Source: Candidatus Micrarchaeota archaeon (lineage in GTDB: Archaea > B1Sed10-29). Taken from it: a stretch of 64,000 nucleotides of DNA. The notes under the pieces are model-generated. The model saw nothing but the letters and a program-made list of their open reading frames with translations. It ran no database searches and was not told the origin of the DNA. The stretch spans positions 15,968 to 79,967 of the forward strand of contig CAZOFO010000003.1 of assembly GCA_964579265.1 (NCBI GenBank), written 5' to 3'. How positions within the stretch are numbered: the stretch's first letter is position 1; every line of letters starts with the position of its first letter. The translations under genes and the position numbers were made by a program. This document shows positions 34,916 to 45,064 of this stretch, in pieces.

Positions 34916-35761
34916 TTACTTTTTTGGCTCTATTAGTACTTTTTTGGTTTTTACTATCTTTCCTTTTTCTTTTTTTTCTGTTCTATTTATTTTTTTTAAG
35001 GATTTTCCTATTGCCACTGATTTTCCGTTTTGTGTTAATAGTACTTGTTTTTCTTTACCTATTTTTCCTTTGATTTTTTTTATTCCTGGTGATTTTAGGT
35101 CTTCTCCGTGGCTTATTGATTTTAAAGCTGTTTTTTTTATCTCTATTTCTGGCATTTCGTTTAGAGCATTTTTTAAATTTATTAATGCTTTTTCTAGTTT
35201 TCTTTCTTCAATTAGTTTTTTTATTTCTTCCAATTTAAAAGCGTCTTTCTCTTTCCATTTTCCTATTTCGGTTCTTCTGAGTTCTTCAAGATTGGTTTCT
35301 GTCTTTATTTCTTTGCTCAGGTCTTTTACTAGTGTTCTGATGTAGGTTCCGTGCTGGCATTTAACGCTGAAGGTATGTGTGTTATTTTTTTTGTTTAGGT
35401 GTTTTATTGAATATATCTTTCTTTTTCTTTTTTCTCTTTTTACTGCGGATTTTTCAGGGGGTATTTGTTCTATTTTGCCTTGAAATTTTTTCAAGGCTTT
35501 TTTCATTTTTTCTTTTTTCACTTCTTTGTTTGTTTTTATTTCTACTAGGTATTTTTTGTCTTTTCTTTGTATGTATTCCTGTATCTTTACTGCTTTTCCT
35601 ATTGTTATTGGAAGTAAGCCTGTAGCGTAGGGGTCTAGAGATCCGCAGTGACCTGTTTTTGTTTTTAATAATTTGGATATTTTTTCGGTTATTTCTGGAC
35701 TGGTTTTCTCTTTTGGTTTGTCTATTAGAATTATTCCTTTTCTTTTTCTGGTTTTATTCAT
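34916..35761 (-). CDS. cbf5: H/ACA RNP pseudouridine synthase Cbf5 (TruB family, with PUA domain)
   Basis: TGHCGSLDPYATGLLPITIG is the TruB catalytic Asp motif; conserved cmk-cbf5 neighbourhood. Confidence 0.8.
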   Translation of the reverse strand: MNKTRKRKGIILIDKPKEKTSPEITEKISKLLKTKTGHCGSLDPYATGLLPITIGKAVKIQEYIQRKDKKYLVEIKTNKEVKKEKMKKALKKFQGKIEQIPPEKSAVKREKRKRKIYSIKHLNKKNNTHTFSVKCQHGTYIRTLVKDLSKEIKTETNLEELRRTEIGKWKEKDAFKLEEIKKLIEERKLEKALINLKNALNEMPEIEIKKTALKSISHGEDLKSPGIKKIKGKIGKEKQVLLTQNGKSVAIGKSLKKINRTEKKEKGKIVKTKKVLIEPKK

Positions 35762-36371
35762 CTTTAATCTTTTCTATTTCTTTTTTTATTTTTTCTACGG
35801 CTTCACTTGGTTTTTTGTTAGTTGTATCTACTATTAAATCGTATTTTTCTCTGTCTTCTAGGTAATTAAATCCGTATATGTCTTTCCAGTGTTTCTTTTC
35901 TTTTTCTTGTCTTTTCTTTATTTTCTTTATTTGTTTTTCTATTTCTTTTCTCGTTAGTTCTTTTGTTTCTCTTTCTTTTTCTCCTTTGTCTACTTTTTTT
36001 GCGTATTTTTCTCTACCTATTTTTTTCCTCATGGCTATTCTTTTAGCTCTTTCTTCTAAATTGGCGGTTAGAAGTATTTTTAGTTTAGCGTTTGGTAGGT
36101 GGTGTGCGCTTAGTTTCCCGTTTACTATTACATTTTTCTTTTTTTCTACTTTTTCTTTTTGTTTTTCATCTAGTTTTCTGTGAAATTCTTTTAGTTTTTC
36201 AGGTGTTTTTTCATGTTTTTCCCATAATTGATCTGGATCTAGGTTTTTTTCTTTTGCTAGTTTTTTGTATATTTCTCCTACTTTTATTACTTCGTATCCT
36301 AGTTTTTTGCTTAGCATATCTGCTGTGGTTGTGTCTCCTGCTCCTGGAGCTCCAGAAATAGTTATGATCAT
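35754..36371 (-). CDS. cmk: Cytidylate kinase (archaeal type) with K/E-rich C-terminal extension
   Basis: MIITISGAPGAGDTTTADMLSKKLGYEVIKVGEIY P-loop and archaeal Cmk N-terminus. Confidence 0.75.
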   Translation of the reverse strand: MIITISGAPGAGDTTTADMLSKKLGYEVIKVGEIYKKLAKEKNLDPDQLWEKHEKTPEKLKEFHRKLDEKQKEKVEKKKNVIVNGKLSAHHLPNAKLKILLTANLEERAKRIAMRKKIGREKYAKKVDKGEKERETKELTRKEIEKQIKKIKKRQEKEKKHWKDIYGFNYLEDREKYDLIVDTTNKKPSEAVEKIKKEIEKIKDE

Positions 36372-36382
36372 TTTTCTCAGGT

Positions 36383-36799
36383 TTATTCTTCTTTATTTTT
36401 CTTTCTATATGTTTTGTATATTCCTTCTAGGGTGAGGCTGACTATTATTGAGATTAGTATGTACCACCATAGCCAGGTTAGTCCGATGTTGAGTATTGGG
36501 AGTTCTGCTACGACTCCTGCTCCTTCGTATCTTCCTCTGAGCCAGATTATAACTGCGAATATTGGTATCATTGTGTAGAGCATTGGTTTGAAGTTTTGTT
36601 TCATCATTTTTTTGGATAGGGAGAGCATTTCTTTCTGTGTTCCTTTGTCTTCTGGATTTTCTTTTGATTGTTTTTTGAGTTCATCCATTCTTTCTTTTAT
36701 TTCATCTACTTTTTCCTGGTCTCTGACTAGTTTCTGGATTATTGTTGACATTGAGGATACGATTACGGCTACTATAGCTATTGTTATTTGTGGTTCCAT
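36383..36799 (-). CDS. DUF106 membrane protein (archaeal Oxa1/YidC/EMC3-like insertase homolog)
   Basis: TM-coiled coil-TM architecture conserved between adkA and cmk in the archaeal secY operon. Confidence 0.6.
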   Translation of the reverse strand: MEPQITIAIVAVIVSSMSTIIQKLVRDQEKVDEIKERMDELKKQSKENPEDKGTQKEMLSLSKKMMKQNFKPMLYTMIPIFAVIIWLRGRYEGAGVVAELPILNIGLTWLWWYILISIIVSLTLEGIYKTYRKKNKEE

Positions 36800-36800
36800 T

Positions 36801-37352
36801 TTATCCGTTTTTTATAGTTTTTTCAAGTTCTTTTGCTGCTTTTTCTACTTGGTTTTCTCTGTTTTTTATTATTTTTATTAGTGCGCCTGTTAGTGTGGAT
36901 ACTGTTGCTGCGTAGTATCTGTTCATTTTTTGATGTTGTTTTGGGGGTAGTGTGAAGTCACTTCTTTTTCTTGTTTTATCTTTTTTTCTTCTCTTCTTTA
37001 TCTTTTTTGGTTCTGCTTCTATTAGTATTATTCGGTTTAGATTTATCTTTTCAGCTGCCCATTTTGGCATTCCTGGTATTATTCCTTTTGGTGTTTCTAT
37101 GGATAGATGTGTGTCTATTAATAGGTTTTCTTTCTTTTCTATTTTTTCTGCTGTTTTTTTCTGCAGTTCTTTTGTCTTTTCAGGGGATAGTTTTCTTAAT
37201 TGGTCTCTGTGTTTTACTATGTTTTGTTTTTTTGCTGTTTTTAGCATTTCTGTACCGAAGTTGGTTATTTCGTATCCTTCTAGTTGTTCTGCTGCTTTTT
37301 CTAGGACTGTGGTTTTTCCCACTCCTGGTATTCCTATTATTATAGCTTTCAT
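36801..37352 (-). CDS. adkA: Adenylate kinase (archaeal AdkA type)
   Basis: MKAIIIGIPGVGKTTVLEKA P-loop; archaeal-type adk downstream of secY. Confidence 0.8.
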   Translation of the reverse strand: MKAIIIGIPGVGKTTVLEKAAEQLEGYEITNFGTEMLKTAKKQNIVKHRDQLRKLSPEKTKELQKKTAEKIEKKENLLIDTHLSIETPKGIIPGMPKWAAEKINLNRIILIEAEPKKIKKRRKKDKTRKRSDFTLPPKQHQKMNRYYAATVSTLTGALIKIIKNRENQVEKAAKELEKTIKNG

Positions 37353-37423
37353 TTTATCTTTCCTGTTTGTTTTTTAGGGGGGTCTGTCCTTGGGTGAGCC
37401 GTTGTCTTGTTTTTTGATTTCTT

Positions 37424-38806
37424 TTAGGTCGGTAATTGACCTGGATCTATTCCTGGGATGTCTCTGAATGCTTCTTCGCTTGCTAGTGATTCGTACATTT
37501 GGTAGAGTATTCCTACTAGTAGTAGTATTCCCATTCCTGTTCCTACTGCTCCGGTTAGGTCTGCTATTACTGCTAGTAGTGCTACTGCTGCTGCTGATAT
37601 TACTATTAGTGGCGGTATGTACCGGTCCAGTACCCGTTTTATTACTCTTTTGTCTCTTCTGAAGCCGGGGACATGTAATCCTATTCCTTTTAACTGGTCT
37701 GCTACGTCTTCGCTTGTCATGTTGCTCATTTTTGCCCAGAATTTTCCGAATAGTATGGCTCCTAGCACCATTCCTGTAGAGTATATTATTATCTGCATTA
37801 TCACTCTTGGATTTTGTACGGTTGCTCTTACGTCTGCTGGTGTTCCTAGGGCGCCGTGTGGTGCTTGTAGGTAGTACGCTACTCCTGATACGGGTTCATT
37901 ATCTTGGAATTCTCCTAGTACAGGTGTGCCCATTCTGTCCAGGGCTACTCCCCATAGTTGTATGTTTGCGAATAGTGCTGCTACGAATATTACTGGGATT
38001 ACTGATAGGTACATGAATTTTAATGGGTATTTGGTTCCTCTTCCTCTCATTCTGCTTGAAGTGAGAGGTATCTCTACTTTCATGGTCTGTACATAGACAG
38101 CTATTAAGAATATTATGGCTGTGAAGATTAGTGGGAAGAGTGCTTCGGTTGGTATGTTTCCTATTACGGTTCCTCTCATTATTTGTGGTATTAGTCCTAT
38201 GAATTCATCGGTTCCTGGGATTGTTGCCCAGCTTAGGCTTCTCCACATTATTGTGGATGATACTCCGGCTACAATGAATAGTCCTACTCCTGATCCTATT
38301 CCGTATTTGGATACTACTTCGTCTAGGAATATTATTATGATTCCTCCTGCTGCTAGTTGGAGTACTAGTGCTCCTGATCCTAGTGCTCCTCCTGTTGCTG
38401 GTATGAATCCGCTTATTACGTATACTCCTGCTTCGAAGAAACAGAATGCTATTGCTAGTAATTTTTGAGTTCCTTGGAAAACTGATTTTTGCGCTGGATC
38501 ACTCATGTCCATTTGTATGATGTCTGCTCCTACTAGAAGTTGTAATATAATTGATGCCATTACGATTGGTCCGATTCCTAGAGATGCTAGTGTTCCTAAT
38601 TCAGATGCTGTTATCAGTTGTATGCTTTCTAGGAATTCTCCTTGTTCTCCTATTGCTGATCCTACTGGTCTTACTACGGCAAGTGTTAGGAATATTACTA
38701 GTGCTAGTCCTGTCCAGATTAATCTTTTCTTTAGTTTTGGAGTTACGTCTGGTTCTTTTACTTCTGGTAGAATTTCTATTAATGGTTGTAGTGATTGTAG
38801 GTTCAC
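37424..38806 (-). CDS. secY: Preprotein translocase subunit SecY
   Basis: 10-TM SecY architecture and motifs (GIGPIVMASIILQLL, plug and TM7 regions); 460 aa; downstream of rpl15. Confidence 0.9.
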   Translation of the reverse strand: MNLQSLQPLIEILPEVKEPDVTPKLKKRLIWTGLALVIFLTLAVVRPVGSAIGEQGEFLESIQLITASELGTLASLGIGPIVMASIILQLLVGADIIQMDMSDPAQKSVFQGTQKLLAIAFCFFEAGVYVISGFIPATGGALGSGALVLQLAAGGIIIIFLDEVVSKYGIGSGVGLFIVAGVSSTIMWRSLSWATIPGTDEFIGLIPQIMRGTVIGNIPTEALFPLIFTAIIFLIAVYVQTMKVEIPLTSSRMRGRGTKYPLKFMYLSVIPVIFVAALFANIQLWGVALDRMGTPVLGEFQDNEPVSGVAYYLQAPHGALGTPADVRATVQNPRVIMQIIIYSTGMVLGAILFGKFWAKMSNMTSEDVADQLKGIGLHVPGFRRDKRVIKRVLDRYIPPLIVISAAAVALLAVIADLTGAVGTGMGILLLVGILYQMYESLASEEAFRDIPGIDPGQLPT

Positions 38807-38827
38807 TTATCCACCTTCTTTTTTGCT

Positions 38828-39235
38828 TCAGGTTTTATTGTTTTCTTTGATTTTGATTGCTTCTCCACCTTTTTCTTCTATTTTCTCTTTTGCTGAGTTG
38901 GAGAAGCTTTGAGCTTTTATTTTTACTGGTTTTTCGAGGTTTCCAGAACCTAGTACTTTTTCGTAACCGTGTTCTTGTAGATTTATTTCTTCAGTGTCTT
39001 CAGTTATGTATTTGTTTATGTCTCTTAGGTTTATTCCTGTTTGATCTGGTTTATGGCTTTTAAATCCTTTTTTTTCTGGTATTCCTTTTTTGACTAGGTG
39101 CATATAGTTTTTTCCGCCTTTTCTAGAGGCTGTTCCTTTTTTACTTCCTTTTCCTCTTCCGTGTTTTGTGTTACCTCTTCCATGGGTTCTGCTTCCTCTG
39201 TGTTTCTTTTTTTTCTTTTTAGCCATTTTTAGCAC
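38828..39235 (-). CDS. rpl15: 50S ribosomal protein L15 (uL15)
   Basis: HRGSRTHGRGNTKHGRGKGSKKGTASRKGG basic glycine-rich N-terminus. Confidence 0.85.
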   Translation of the reverse strand: MLKMAKKKKKKHRGSRTHGRGNTKHGRGKGSKKGTASRKGGKNYMHLVKKGIPEKKGFKSHKPDQTGINLRDINKYITEDTEEINLQEHGYEKVLGSGNLEKPVKIKAQSFSNSAKEKIEEKGGEAIKIKENNKT

Positions 39236-39237
39236 CT

Positions 39238-39621
39238 TTATATCATTTTTTCTATTAATTTGTTAATTTCTTCTCCTCTGTACCCTAGTTCTCCTTTTTT
39301 GTTGTAGGGTTTTTTCTTTGATCCTTTGAATCCTCCTTTTGGGGGGTGTAGTTTGAATGTTTTTTCCATTCCTTCTTCTTTTATCTCTTCTATGTCTTTA
39401 TTTTCTTCATTTCCTTTTTTTTCTAATAGTTTTTTCAGAGTTTTTTCGTTTATTTCTCCCCAGGTTATGTATCCTTCTGCTTTTCTGAGCATTCCTTTGT
39501 AGTTTTTATTGTCTGGGAGTATTCTGCAATTGTAAACATTTTTCATCTTGAGCATTTCAAGAGTATCTTTTATTTTTTCCGGTGTTTTTACTTCTCCTCT
39601 TAGTCTTATTGCTGCTATCAT
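39238..39621 (-). CDS. rpl30: 50S ribosomal protein L30 (uL30)
   Basis: MIAAIRLRGEVKTPEKIKDTLEMLKMKNVYNCRIL. Confidence 0.85.
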   Translation of the reverse strand: MIAAIRLRGEVKTPEKIKDTLEMLKMKNVYNCRILPDNKNYKGMLRKAEGYITWGEINEKTLKKLLEKKGNEENKDIEEIKEEGMEKTFKLHPPKGGFKGSKKKPYNKKGELGYRGEEINKLIEKMI

Positions 39622-39635
39622 TTTTCTTCACCTTT

Positions 39636-40241
39636 TTATTTGTCCCTATGTCTTTTTTGTCTTGTTTTTTGAAGGGCTTTTAATGTTGCTTTTCCGTAGT
39701 TTTTGTTTGTTCTTGTTGTTCCTTTTGTTTTTGTCCATACGTCTTTTATTCCTGCTAGTTTTAGTATCTTTTTGGCTGTTTCTCCTGCTACTATCCCTGT
39801 TCCTTTTGGTGCTGGTTTTATCTCAATTTCTACTGATCCTTCTTTTCCTTTTATTGTCATTGGTATTGAATGTGTTTCTTTGCATCCGCATTCCCAGGAT
39901 CCACATCCTCTTTTTATTGATTTCATGTTTTTCTTTGCGTTTTGCACTGCTTTTTCTATTGTCGGTCCAAATTCTTTTCCTTTTTCTTCTCCTATTCCTA
40001 TATGTCCGTTTTTATCTCCTACTGCTACTGTTACGTTTAATGATAGTCTTCTTCCTGAGTCTGTGATTCTGCATACTCTCATTACATCTATTGTTTCTTC
40101 TTCTAGACCTGTTAGTATTTCTTCAGTAATTTGATATTCCATTATTGGCTTTCCTTCTTTGTAGATTTGTTCGAAGTTTTTTATTTCGCCTTTTTTGACT
40201 TTTTTTCCAAGTTCTGTTCTCGGTTTCCATTCTCCAGTCAT
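39636..40241 (-). CDS. rps5: 30S ribosomal protein S5 (uS5)
   Basis: dsRBD-like N domain and GTGIVAGETAKKILKLAGIKDVWTKTKGTTRT. Confidence 0.85.
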   Translation of the reverse strand: MTGEWKPRTELGKKVKKGEIKNFEQIYKEGKPIMEYQITEEILTGLEEETIDVMRVCRITDSGRRLSLNVTVAVGDKNGHIGIGEEKGKEFGPTIEKAVQNAKKNMKSIKRGCGSWECGCKETHSIPMTIKGKEGSVEIEIKPAPKGTGIVAGETAKKILKLAGIKDVWTKTKGTTRTNKNYGKATLKALQKTRQKRHRDK

Positions 40242-40258
40242 TTTATCTTTCCTCCTGT

Positions 40259-40765
40259 TTATTTATTCTTTATTTCTTCTGCTATTTTTTCTACTTCCAG
40301 TTTTTCGTCTCTGTGTTCTTCTATGTGTTCTCCTTCTATCCTTCTTTCATTTGGGAGGATTTTTTCTCCGTGGGGTACTTCTAATCCTGTTTCTAGAACT
40401 CCTTTTAGTAATGCAAATTCTTTTCCTCCTTCTGTAGGTGTTCTTCGACCTATATCGAGTACTGCTTCTTCTATTCCTTTTTCTTTTGATTTTTTCCCTA
40501 TTAATAATCCTGTTAGGTAAGCTGCAGGTGTGTTTGATAAGTTTCCTTTGTATCCGTATTCTCTTAGTTCTTTTGAATTTACTTGGATTATTGTTTCATC
40601 TCCTTTTGGGTTGTATTTGATTATTTGTGCTGTTATGGTCTTGTTTTGTATTCTTATGACTAGTCTTTTCTTTCCTGACTTTATTAGTTTTATTCTTTTT
40701 CTGTAGTCTGTTTTTCCTTCTCTTCGTCTTCGTCTTGGTACTCTATATCTTTTTCCTTCTGCCAT
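40259..40765 (-). CDS. rpl18: 50S ribosomal protein L18 (uL18)
   Basis: [36 protein letters not shown]. Confidence 0.85.
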   Translation of the reverse strand: MAEGKRYRVPRRRRREGKTDYRKRIKLIKSGKKRLVIRIQNKTITAQIIKYNPKGDETIIQVNSKELREYGYKGNLSNTPAAYLTGLLIGKKSKEKGIEEAVLDIGRRTPTEGGKEFALLKGVLETGLEVPHGEKILPNERRIEGEHIEEHRDEKLEVEKIAEEIKNK

Positions 40766-40777
40766 TTTTATCCTCTT

Positions 40778-41200
40778 TTAGTTTTCTTTTCTTAAGTCGT
40801 TTTGTTCTATGTGGTTCATGAGCTGTTTCTTATTTTTGAAGGCGTTTCCTTTGATTTTCTTGTATAATTCTTGATACGCTCCTGGTTTTAGTTGTGGTTT
40901 GATTTGTTTTAATTTTTTTCTCTGTGCTCTTACTTTTTCCATCCATTCGTCTTTTGATTTTTTCCTGGCTTCTTTTGCTCCTTTTCTTTTTCCTTTTCTT
41001 TTTCTTTTCTTTTTTATTTTTTTTGTCTTTCTGCTTGTTCCTTTTTTTGGTTTTTTTGTTATTACTCCTTGTTCTATTTTTTCTTCTACGTCTTGTCTTG
41101 TCATCACTTCTTTTGCTTCTTCTGGATGGACTATTTTCACTCTTTTTTCTCCTATGTCCATTACTTTTGATGCTAATGATTTTACTTTATTTAATTCCAT
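40778..41200 (-). CDS. rpl19e: 50S ribosomal protein L19e (eL19)
   Basis: LASKVMDIGEKRVKIVHPEEAKEVMTRQDV, then a basic K/R tract. Confidence 0.8.
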   Translation of the reverse strand: MELNKVKSLASKVMDIGEKRVKIVHPEEAKEVMTRQDVEEKIEQGVITKKPKKGTSRKTKKIKKKRKRKGKRKGAKEARKKSKDEWMEKVRAQRKKLKQIKPQLKPGAYQELYKKIKGNAFKNKKQLMNHIEQNDLRKEN

Positions 41201-41217
41201 TTTTGATCACTTTTTCT

Positions 41218-41595
41218 TTATTTGTTTAGTATTTTAAGGTCTTTTGACTCTGCCTTTTCAATTATTTTTTCTCTTTTTCTTTTTCCTACGTTTCCAGCTA
41301 TTCTGACAGCGTGTTTTTCTTTGTTTAATTTCTCTATTTCTTTTGGATTGTATATTAATTTTTCCTCGTATCCTGAGGGGTGTAGTCCTCTTATTTCTTT
41401 TGGGTTTCTGTACCCTATCTTTGGTTTTGCTGGTGCTTCTCTTTTTTCTTTCCTGTGTTTGGAGTGCATTCCTCTTGGACTTCTCCATCTTCCTCCTAGT
41501 TTTTTGTATTTTCCTCTTTGTCTTTTGAATTTTGGTTTTTTCCGTTTTTTGGTTCCTACTTTTTCTCCGTTTTTCTTTTCGCTCATTTTGTTCAC
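41218..41595 (-). CDS. rpl32e: 50S ribosomal protein L32e (eL32)
   Basis: KFKRQRGKYKKLGGRWRSPRGMHSKHR...IGYRNPKEIRGLHPSGY. Confidence 0.85.
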   Translation of the reverse strand: MNKMSEKKNGEKVGTKKRKKPKFKRQRGKYKKLGGRWRSPRGMHSKHRKEKREAPAKPKIGYRNPKEIRGLHPSGYEEKLIYNPKEIEKLNKEKHAVRIAGNVGKRKREKIIEKAESKDLKILNK

Positions 41596-41599
41596 CTGT

Positions 41600-42136
41600 T
41601 TAGTCTCTTGGTTTTTTTGTAATGTAGATACCGTCTTCGAATACTCTTGGATCTTTGTTTTTTATCCATGTTGCTTGTTCTAAGTTTGCTGCGGTTTGTC
41701 CTGCTTTTTCTTTGTCTTTTCCTTTTACTGTTATTTCTTCTCCTTTTATTTCTACTTCTGTATCTCCTAGTATGTCCACGTATCTTGGTTCTTGTTCTCC
41801 TGCGAAATTTTCTATTTTTATTTTATCTTTTTCTTTATTTACTCTCATTGGGAAGTGTTGATAGATTATTCTTAATTTGTATTCGTGTCCTTTTTGTAGG
41901 CCTTTTATCATGTTTTGTATTTTTCCTTGTATTGTTCCGAGCATTGCTTTTTGATGTTTTTTGACTGGTTCTTCTGTTGTTATCTTGATCTCTTTGTCTT
42001 CTTTTTTTAGTTTTATTTTTTCTAGGTCGAATTTTTTTTCTAGAGTTTCTCCGTTTTTTGTTGCTTTTACTTTGTTTTTGGAGATCTCCATTTCGATATC
42101 TTCTGGTATTTCTACTTTTCTTTGCATTTTGATCAC
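41600..42136 (-). CDS. rpl6: 50S ribosomal protein L6 (uL6)
   Basis: Two-domain L6 pattern (KKVEIPEDIEMEI...YEYKLRIIYQHFPM...). Confidence 0.8.
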   Translation of the reverse strand: MIKMQRKVEIPEDIEMEISKNKVKATKNGETLEKKFDLEKIKLKKEDKEIKITTEEPVKKHQKAMLGTIQGKIQNMIKGLQKGHEYKLRIIYQHFPMRVNKEKDKIKIENFAGEQEPRYVDILGDTEVEIKGEEITVKGKDKEKAGQTAANLEQATWIKNKDPRVFEDGIYITKKPRD

Positions 42137-42145
42137 TTTTGATTT

Positions 42146-42538
42146 TTAGTATATGTAAGCTAGTGCTCTTCCTCCTGTTTCTCTTTTTTCTGCTTCTTCA
42201 GCTGTCATGATTCCTTTTGGTGTTGTTACTATTAGATGTCCGAAATTTTCTGCTGGTAGGTATCTTTTTTTCCATTTGAGGTATTCGTCTTTTTTGACGG
42301 GGTATCTTGGTTTTATTGCTCTGCAGTTGTTTATATTTCCTTTTAGTTCTATTCTATATATTCCTGCTTTTCCATTGTCTATGTATTCATATTCTCCTAT
42401 GTAGTTTTTCTTTTGAAGTATTTTTAGTATGTTTCCTATTAGTTTTGACGCTGGTTTGACTATGCATTCTTCTTTACTAGCGTCTTCTGAGTTTTTCAAG
42501 TTTATCATTGCTTCTTCTAGTCTATCCATATTTATCAC
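42146..42538 (-). CDS. rps8: 30S ribosomal protein S8 (uS8)
   Basis: ...VKPASKLIGNILKILQKKNYIGEYEYIDNGKAG... ends GGRALAYIY. Confidence 0.85.
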   Translation of the reverse strand: MINMDRLEEAMINLKNSEDASKEECIVKPASKLIGNILKILQKKNYIGEYEYIDNGKAGIYRIELKGNINNCRAIKPRYPVKKDEYLKWKKRYLPAENFGHLIVTTPKGIMTAEEAEKRETGGRALAYIY

Positions 42539-42542
42539 TTTT

Positions 42543-42716
42543 TTATCCGCCGTATTTTTTGAATCCGAGTTCTTCTGCTTTTTCTCTAAAGCATTTTCTA
42601 CATATTTTTAATCCGTATTTTCTTATTACTCCGTTTTTGTTTCCGCAGAATCTGCAGACTCTTTCTTCTTCTCCTTTTCGTGAGTATGAATGTTTTTTTT
42701 CTTTTGTTTCTGACAT
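42543..42716 (-). CDS. rps14: 30S ribosomal protein S14 (uS14, zinc-binding type)
   Basis: Not in ORF track. Hand translation [57 protein letters not shown] (C4 zinc motif) sits between rps8 and rpl5 as expected. Confidence 0.85.
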   Translation of the reverse strand: MSETKEKKHSYSRKGEEERVCRFCGNKNGVIRKYGLKICRKCFREKAEELGFKKYGG

Positions 42717-42729
42717 GGTTTCACCTTTT

Positions 42730-43239
42730 TTATTCTTTTATCTCTATGTTGAATTTGTCTGTTAGGTAATCGATTGAGTCTTTTGGTTTTAATCTGTGTT
42801 TTTCAGGGATTTTTTTCTGTTCTTTTTTCCGTTTTTTGGTTCTGTATCCCCATTTTTCCATTGTTATGTTTACATCCATTCCGTACATCCCTATATCTGC
42901 GTCGTATTCTATTCCTGGGATGTCTATGTATTCTGAGATCCCGAAGTTAAGGTTTCCTTGTTGGTCGAAATTTTTTCTTTGTAATTCATTTCCTATTGCT
43001 TCGAATGCTCTTTCAAGGAATTCTTCTGCTTCTTTGTCCCTTAGTGTGACTTTTGTTCCCATTGCTTTTCCTTCTCTTACTCCCCATTGAGGTACTTTTG
43101 TTTTTCCTCTTGTTTTGACGGGTTTTTTTCCTGTGATTCTTTCTAGTAGTTTTTGTGCTTTGTTCAGGCTTTCTCCTGAGGTTCCTACTCCTATGTTGAC
43201 TGTTACTTTTTCTATTCCTATTTTTTCTTTGTCCGTCAT
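42730..43239 (-). CDS. rpl5: 50S ribosomal protein L5 (uL5)
   Basis: [30 protein letters not shown]. Confidence 0.85.
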   Translation of the reverse strand: MTDKEKIGIEKVTVNIGVGTSGESLNKAQKLLERITGKKPVKTRGKTKVPQWGVREGKAMGTKVTLRDKEAEEFLERAFEAIGNELQRKNFDQQGNLNFGISEYIDIPGIEYDADIGMYGMDVNITMEKWGYRTKKRKKEQKKIPEKHRLKPKDSIDYLTDKFNIEIKE

Positions 43240-43251
43240 TTTTTCACCTTT

Positions 43252-43956
43252 TTATTCTTTTTTTGTTTGTATTTCTGTTTCTTTTTCTCCTACTGGGAAT
43301 ACGTTCTTTTTTTGTGTTTCTATATCTTCTAATTTTATTAGTGGTGGTCTTGAGCTTGTTCCTGGCATTTCTCCAGTTATTTCTTGTATTTCTCCGAAGT
43401 GTTTTCCGCTCATTATGTATGCTTGGTTTCCTTCTTTCATTTTAATTATTTTTTGTATTTCTTTTTCAGGTAGATTGATTTTTACTGCGTCTCCTGTGTT
43501 TACTTCTTCGTTTATGATGTTTTTTCCATCATGGAGAGTTATTTGGGTTTTTCCTCCTTTGATTTTTTGTTTGTGGTTTACTCTTCCTAGTTTGTAGTTT
43601 GCTTCTTTTCCTTCTTTTATTTCTATGAATATTATTTTTCCTTTTTCGTTGTAAACTGCTCTGTAGTTTTTTTTGCTTGGTTGGATTGTTAATACGTCCA
43701 TGAATCCGACTGAATATCTTGGGTTTTTCACGGTTTTTTTATCCACCTGTATTTTTCCTTCTTTTATTATTCTTTCTGCTTCTTTTGCGTTATCCACTAC
43801 TTCAATGTGGTTTCTTAATGCTGTTTTTAGGGGTATTGATGATTTTTCTTCGTGAGGTCCTGGTGCTGTTTTTGCTGTCCAGGTTTCGGTTTTCCTGTTT
43901 ATTTTCTGGGTGTTAGGTGCGTCTAGTCTTTTTCTACTCTTGCTGTTCTTTGTCAT
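43252..43956 (-). CDS. rps4e: 30S ribosomal protein S4e (eS4)
   Basis: KRLDAPNTQKINRKTETWTAKTAPGPH...S4 and KOW domains. Confidence 0.85.
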   Translation of the reverse strand: MTKNSKSRKRLDAPNTQKINRKTETWTAKTAPGPHEEKSSIPLKTALRNHIEVVDNAKEAERIIKEGKIQVDKKTVKNPRYSVGFMDVLTIQPSKKNYRAVYNEKGKIIFIEIKEGKEANYKLGRVNHKQKIKGGKTQITLHDGKNIINEEVNTGDAVKINLPEKEIQKIIKMKEGNQAYIMSGKHFGEIQEITGEMPGTSSRPPLIKLEDIETQKKNVFPVGEKETEIQTKKE

Positions 43957-44347
43957 CTTTATCCTCCTTGTCTTTAGTTTCTATATTTTTTCCTTTCTTT
44001 ATTTTTTGTTCTCTTTTTGGATCTTCTAAGTCTAGTTTGGTGATCATGAGGTTTGAGGGGTGGAATTTTATGTTTACTCTTTCTTGGTCTTGTGTTTCTC
44101 TTTCTATGTCTTCTATCTCTACTTTATATTCTTTTAAGTTTACTTTTTTTACTTCTCCTGTTTTTCCTTTGTGGTCTCCTCTTTGAACTTTTACTTTGTC
44201 TCCTTCTCTTACTTGGGTTCTTCTTGTTTCGAATTTTTCTTTTAGGCTTGGTTTTAGTGGTATTGTCATTTCTTTCTGTCTTTGGTGTAGTGAGGCGTTT
44301 CTTTCTTTTTTTCTCTGTTTGCTCGGGTTTTTAATTTTTCTTCTCAT
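43934..44347 (-). CDS. rpl24: 50S ribosomal protein L24 (uL24)
   Basis: KOW motif VREGDKVKVQRGDHKGKTGEVKKVN. Confidence 0.8.
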   Translation of the reverse strand: MRRKIKNPSKQRKKERNASLHQRQKEMTIPLKPSLKEKFETRRTQVREGDKVKVQRGDHKGKTGEVKKVNLKEYKVEIEDIERETQDQERVNIKFHPSNLMITKLDLEDPKREQKIKKGKNIETKDKEDKDDKEQQE

Positions 44348-44369
44348 TTTATTTCCCTCTTTTGGTTAT

Positions 44370-44768
44370 TTATACAACGTTTTTAGCGATTGTAGCTACT
44401 TTTGGCATTCTTTCTCCTACTTCTTTTGCTACTACTCCTTTTATTTCGGTTCCTACTGGGTCTCCTTTTTCGTCTATTAGCACTGCGGCGTTGTCTTCGA
44501 ATTCTATCCTTTTTCCATCTGGTCTTTTGAATTCTTTTTTTTGCCTTATTAGTATTGCTCTTACTAGTTCTCTTCTCATGTCTATGTTTCCTTCTATTAC
44601 TGATGCTTTGAATATCTCTGCTATTCCTATTTGTGGTCTTCTTCGTCTTCTCGTTCCTTCTCCTTCTTTTGAAACTACTTGTATCTTCTTTGCACCGCTG
44701 TTATCATCTACTTTTACTTTACTTCCTTTTTGCAGTGATTTTGTCGCGCTTGTTCCTAGTCCTTTCAT
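44370..44768 (-). CDS. rpl14: 50S ribosomal protein L14 (uL14)
   Basis: VDDNSGAKKIQVVS...AVLIDEKGDPVGTEIKGVVAKE. Confidence 0.85.
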   Translation of the reverse strand: MKGLGTSATKSLQKGSKVKVDDNSGAKKIQVVSKEGEGTRRRRRPQIGIAEIFKASVIEGNIDMRRELVRAILIRQKKEFKRPDGKRIEFEDNAAVLIDEKGDPVGTEIKGVVAKEVGERMPKVATIAKNVV

Positions 44769-44779
44769 TTTTATCGCCT

Positions 44780-45064
44780 TTATTCTTCTGTTTCTATAAC
44801 TACGAAGTGTTTTTCTTTGCTTATTGGTTTACACTCTGCTACTTTTACTTTGTCTCCTTCTTCTATTTCTTTGCAGGGAGGTTTGTGAGCTGTTATTTTG
44901 CTGTGTCTCCTTTCGCTTCTTTCATATTTTGGTACTTTTACTAGGTATTCTCTTCTTCCTATGATTGTGTCTTTTGGTTTAGTTGATGTAACTTTTACTG
45001 TGAATCTGTCTCCGTGTGTTTTTATTGATCCGTGTTCAGGACAGTTTTTATCTGTACAGGTCAT
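44780..45064 (-). CDS. rps17: 30S ribosomal protein S17 (uS17)
   Basis: TIIGRREYLVKVPKYERSERRHSKITAHKPPCKEIEEGDKVKVAECKPISKEKHFVV. Confidence 0.85.
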   Translation of the reverse strand: MTCTDKNCPEHGSIKTHGDRFTVKVTSTKPKDTIIGRREYLVKVPKYERSERRHSKITAHKPPCKEIEEGDKVKVAECKPISKEKHFVVIETEE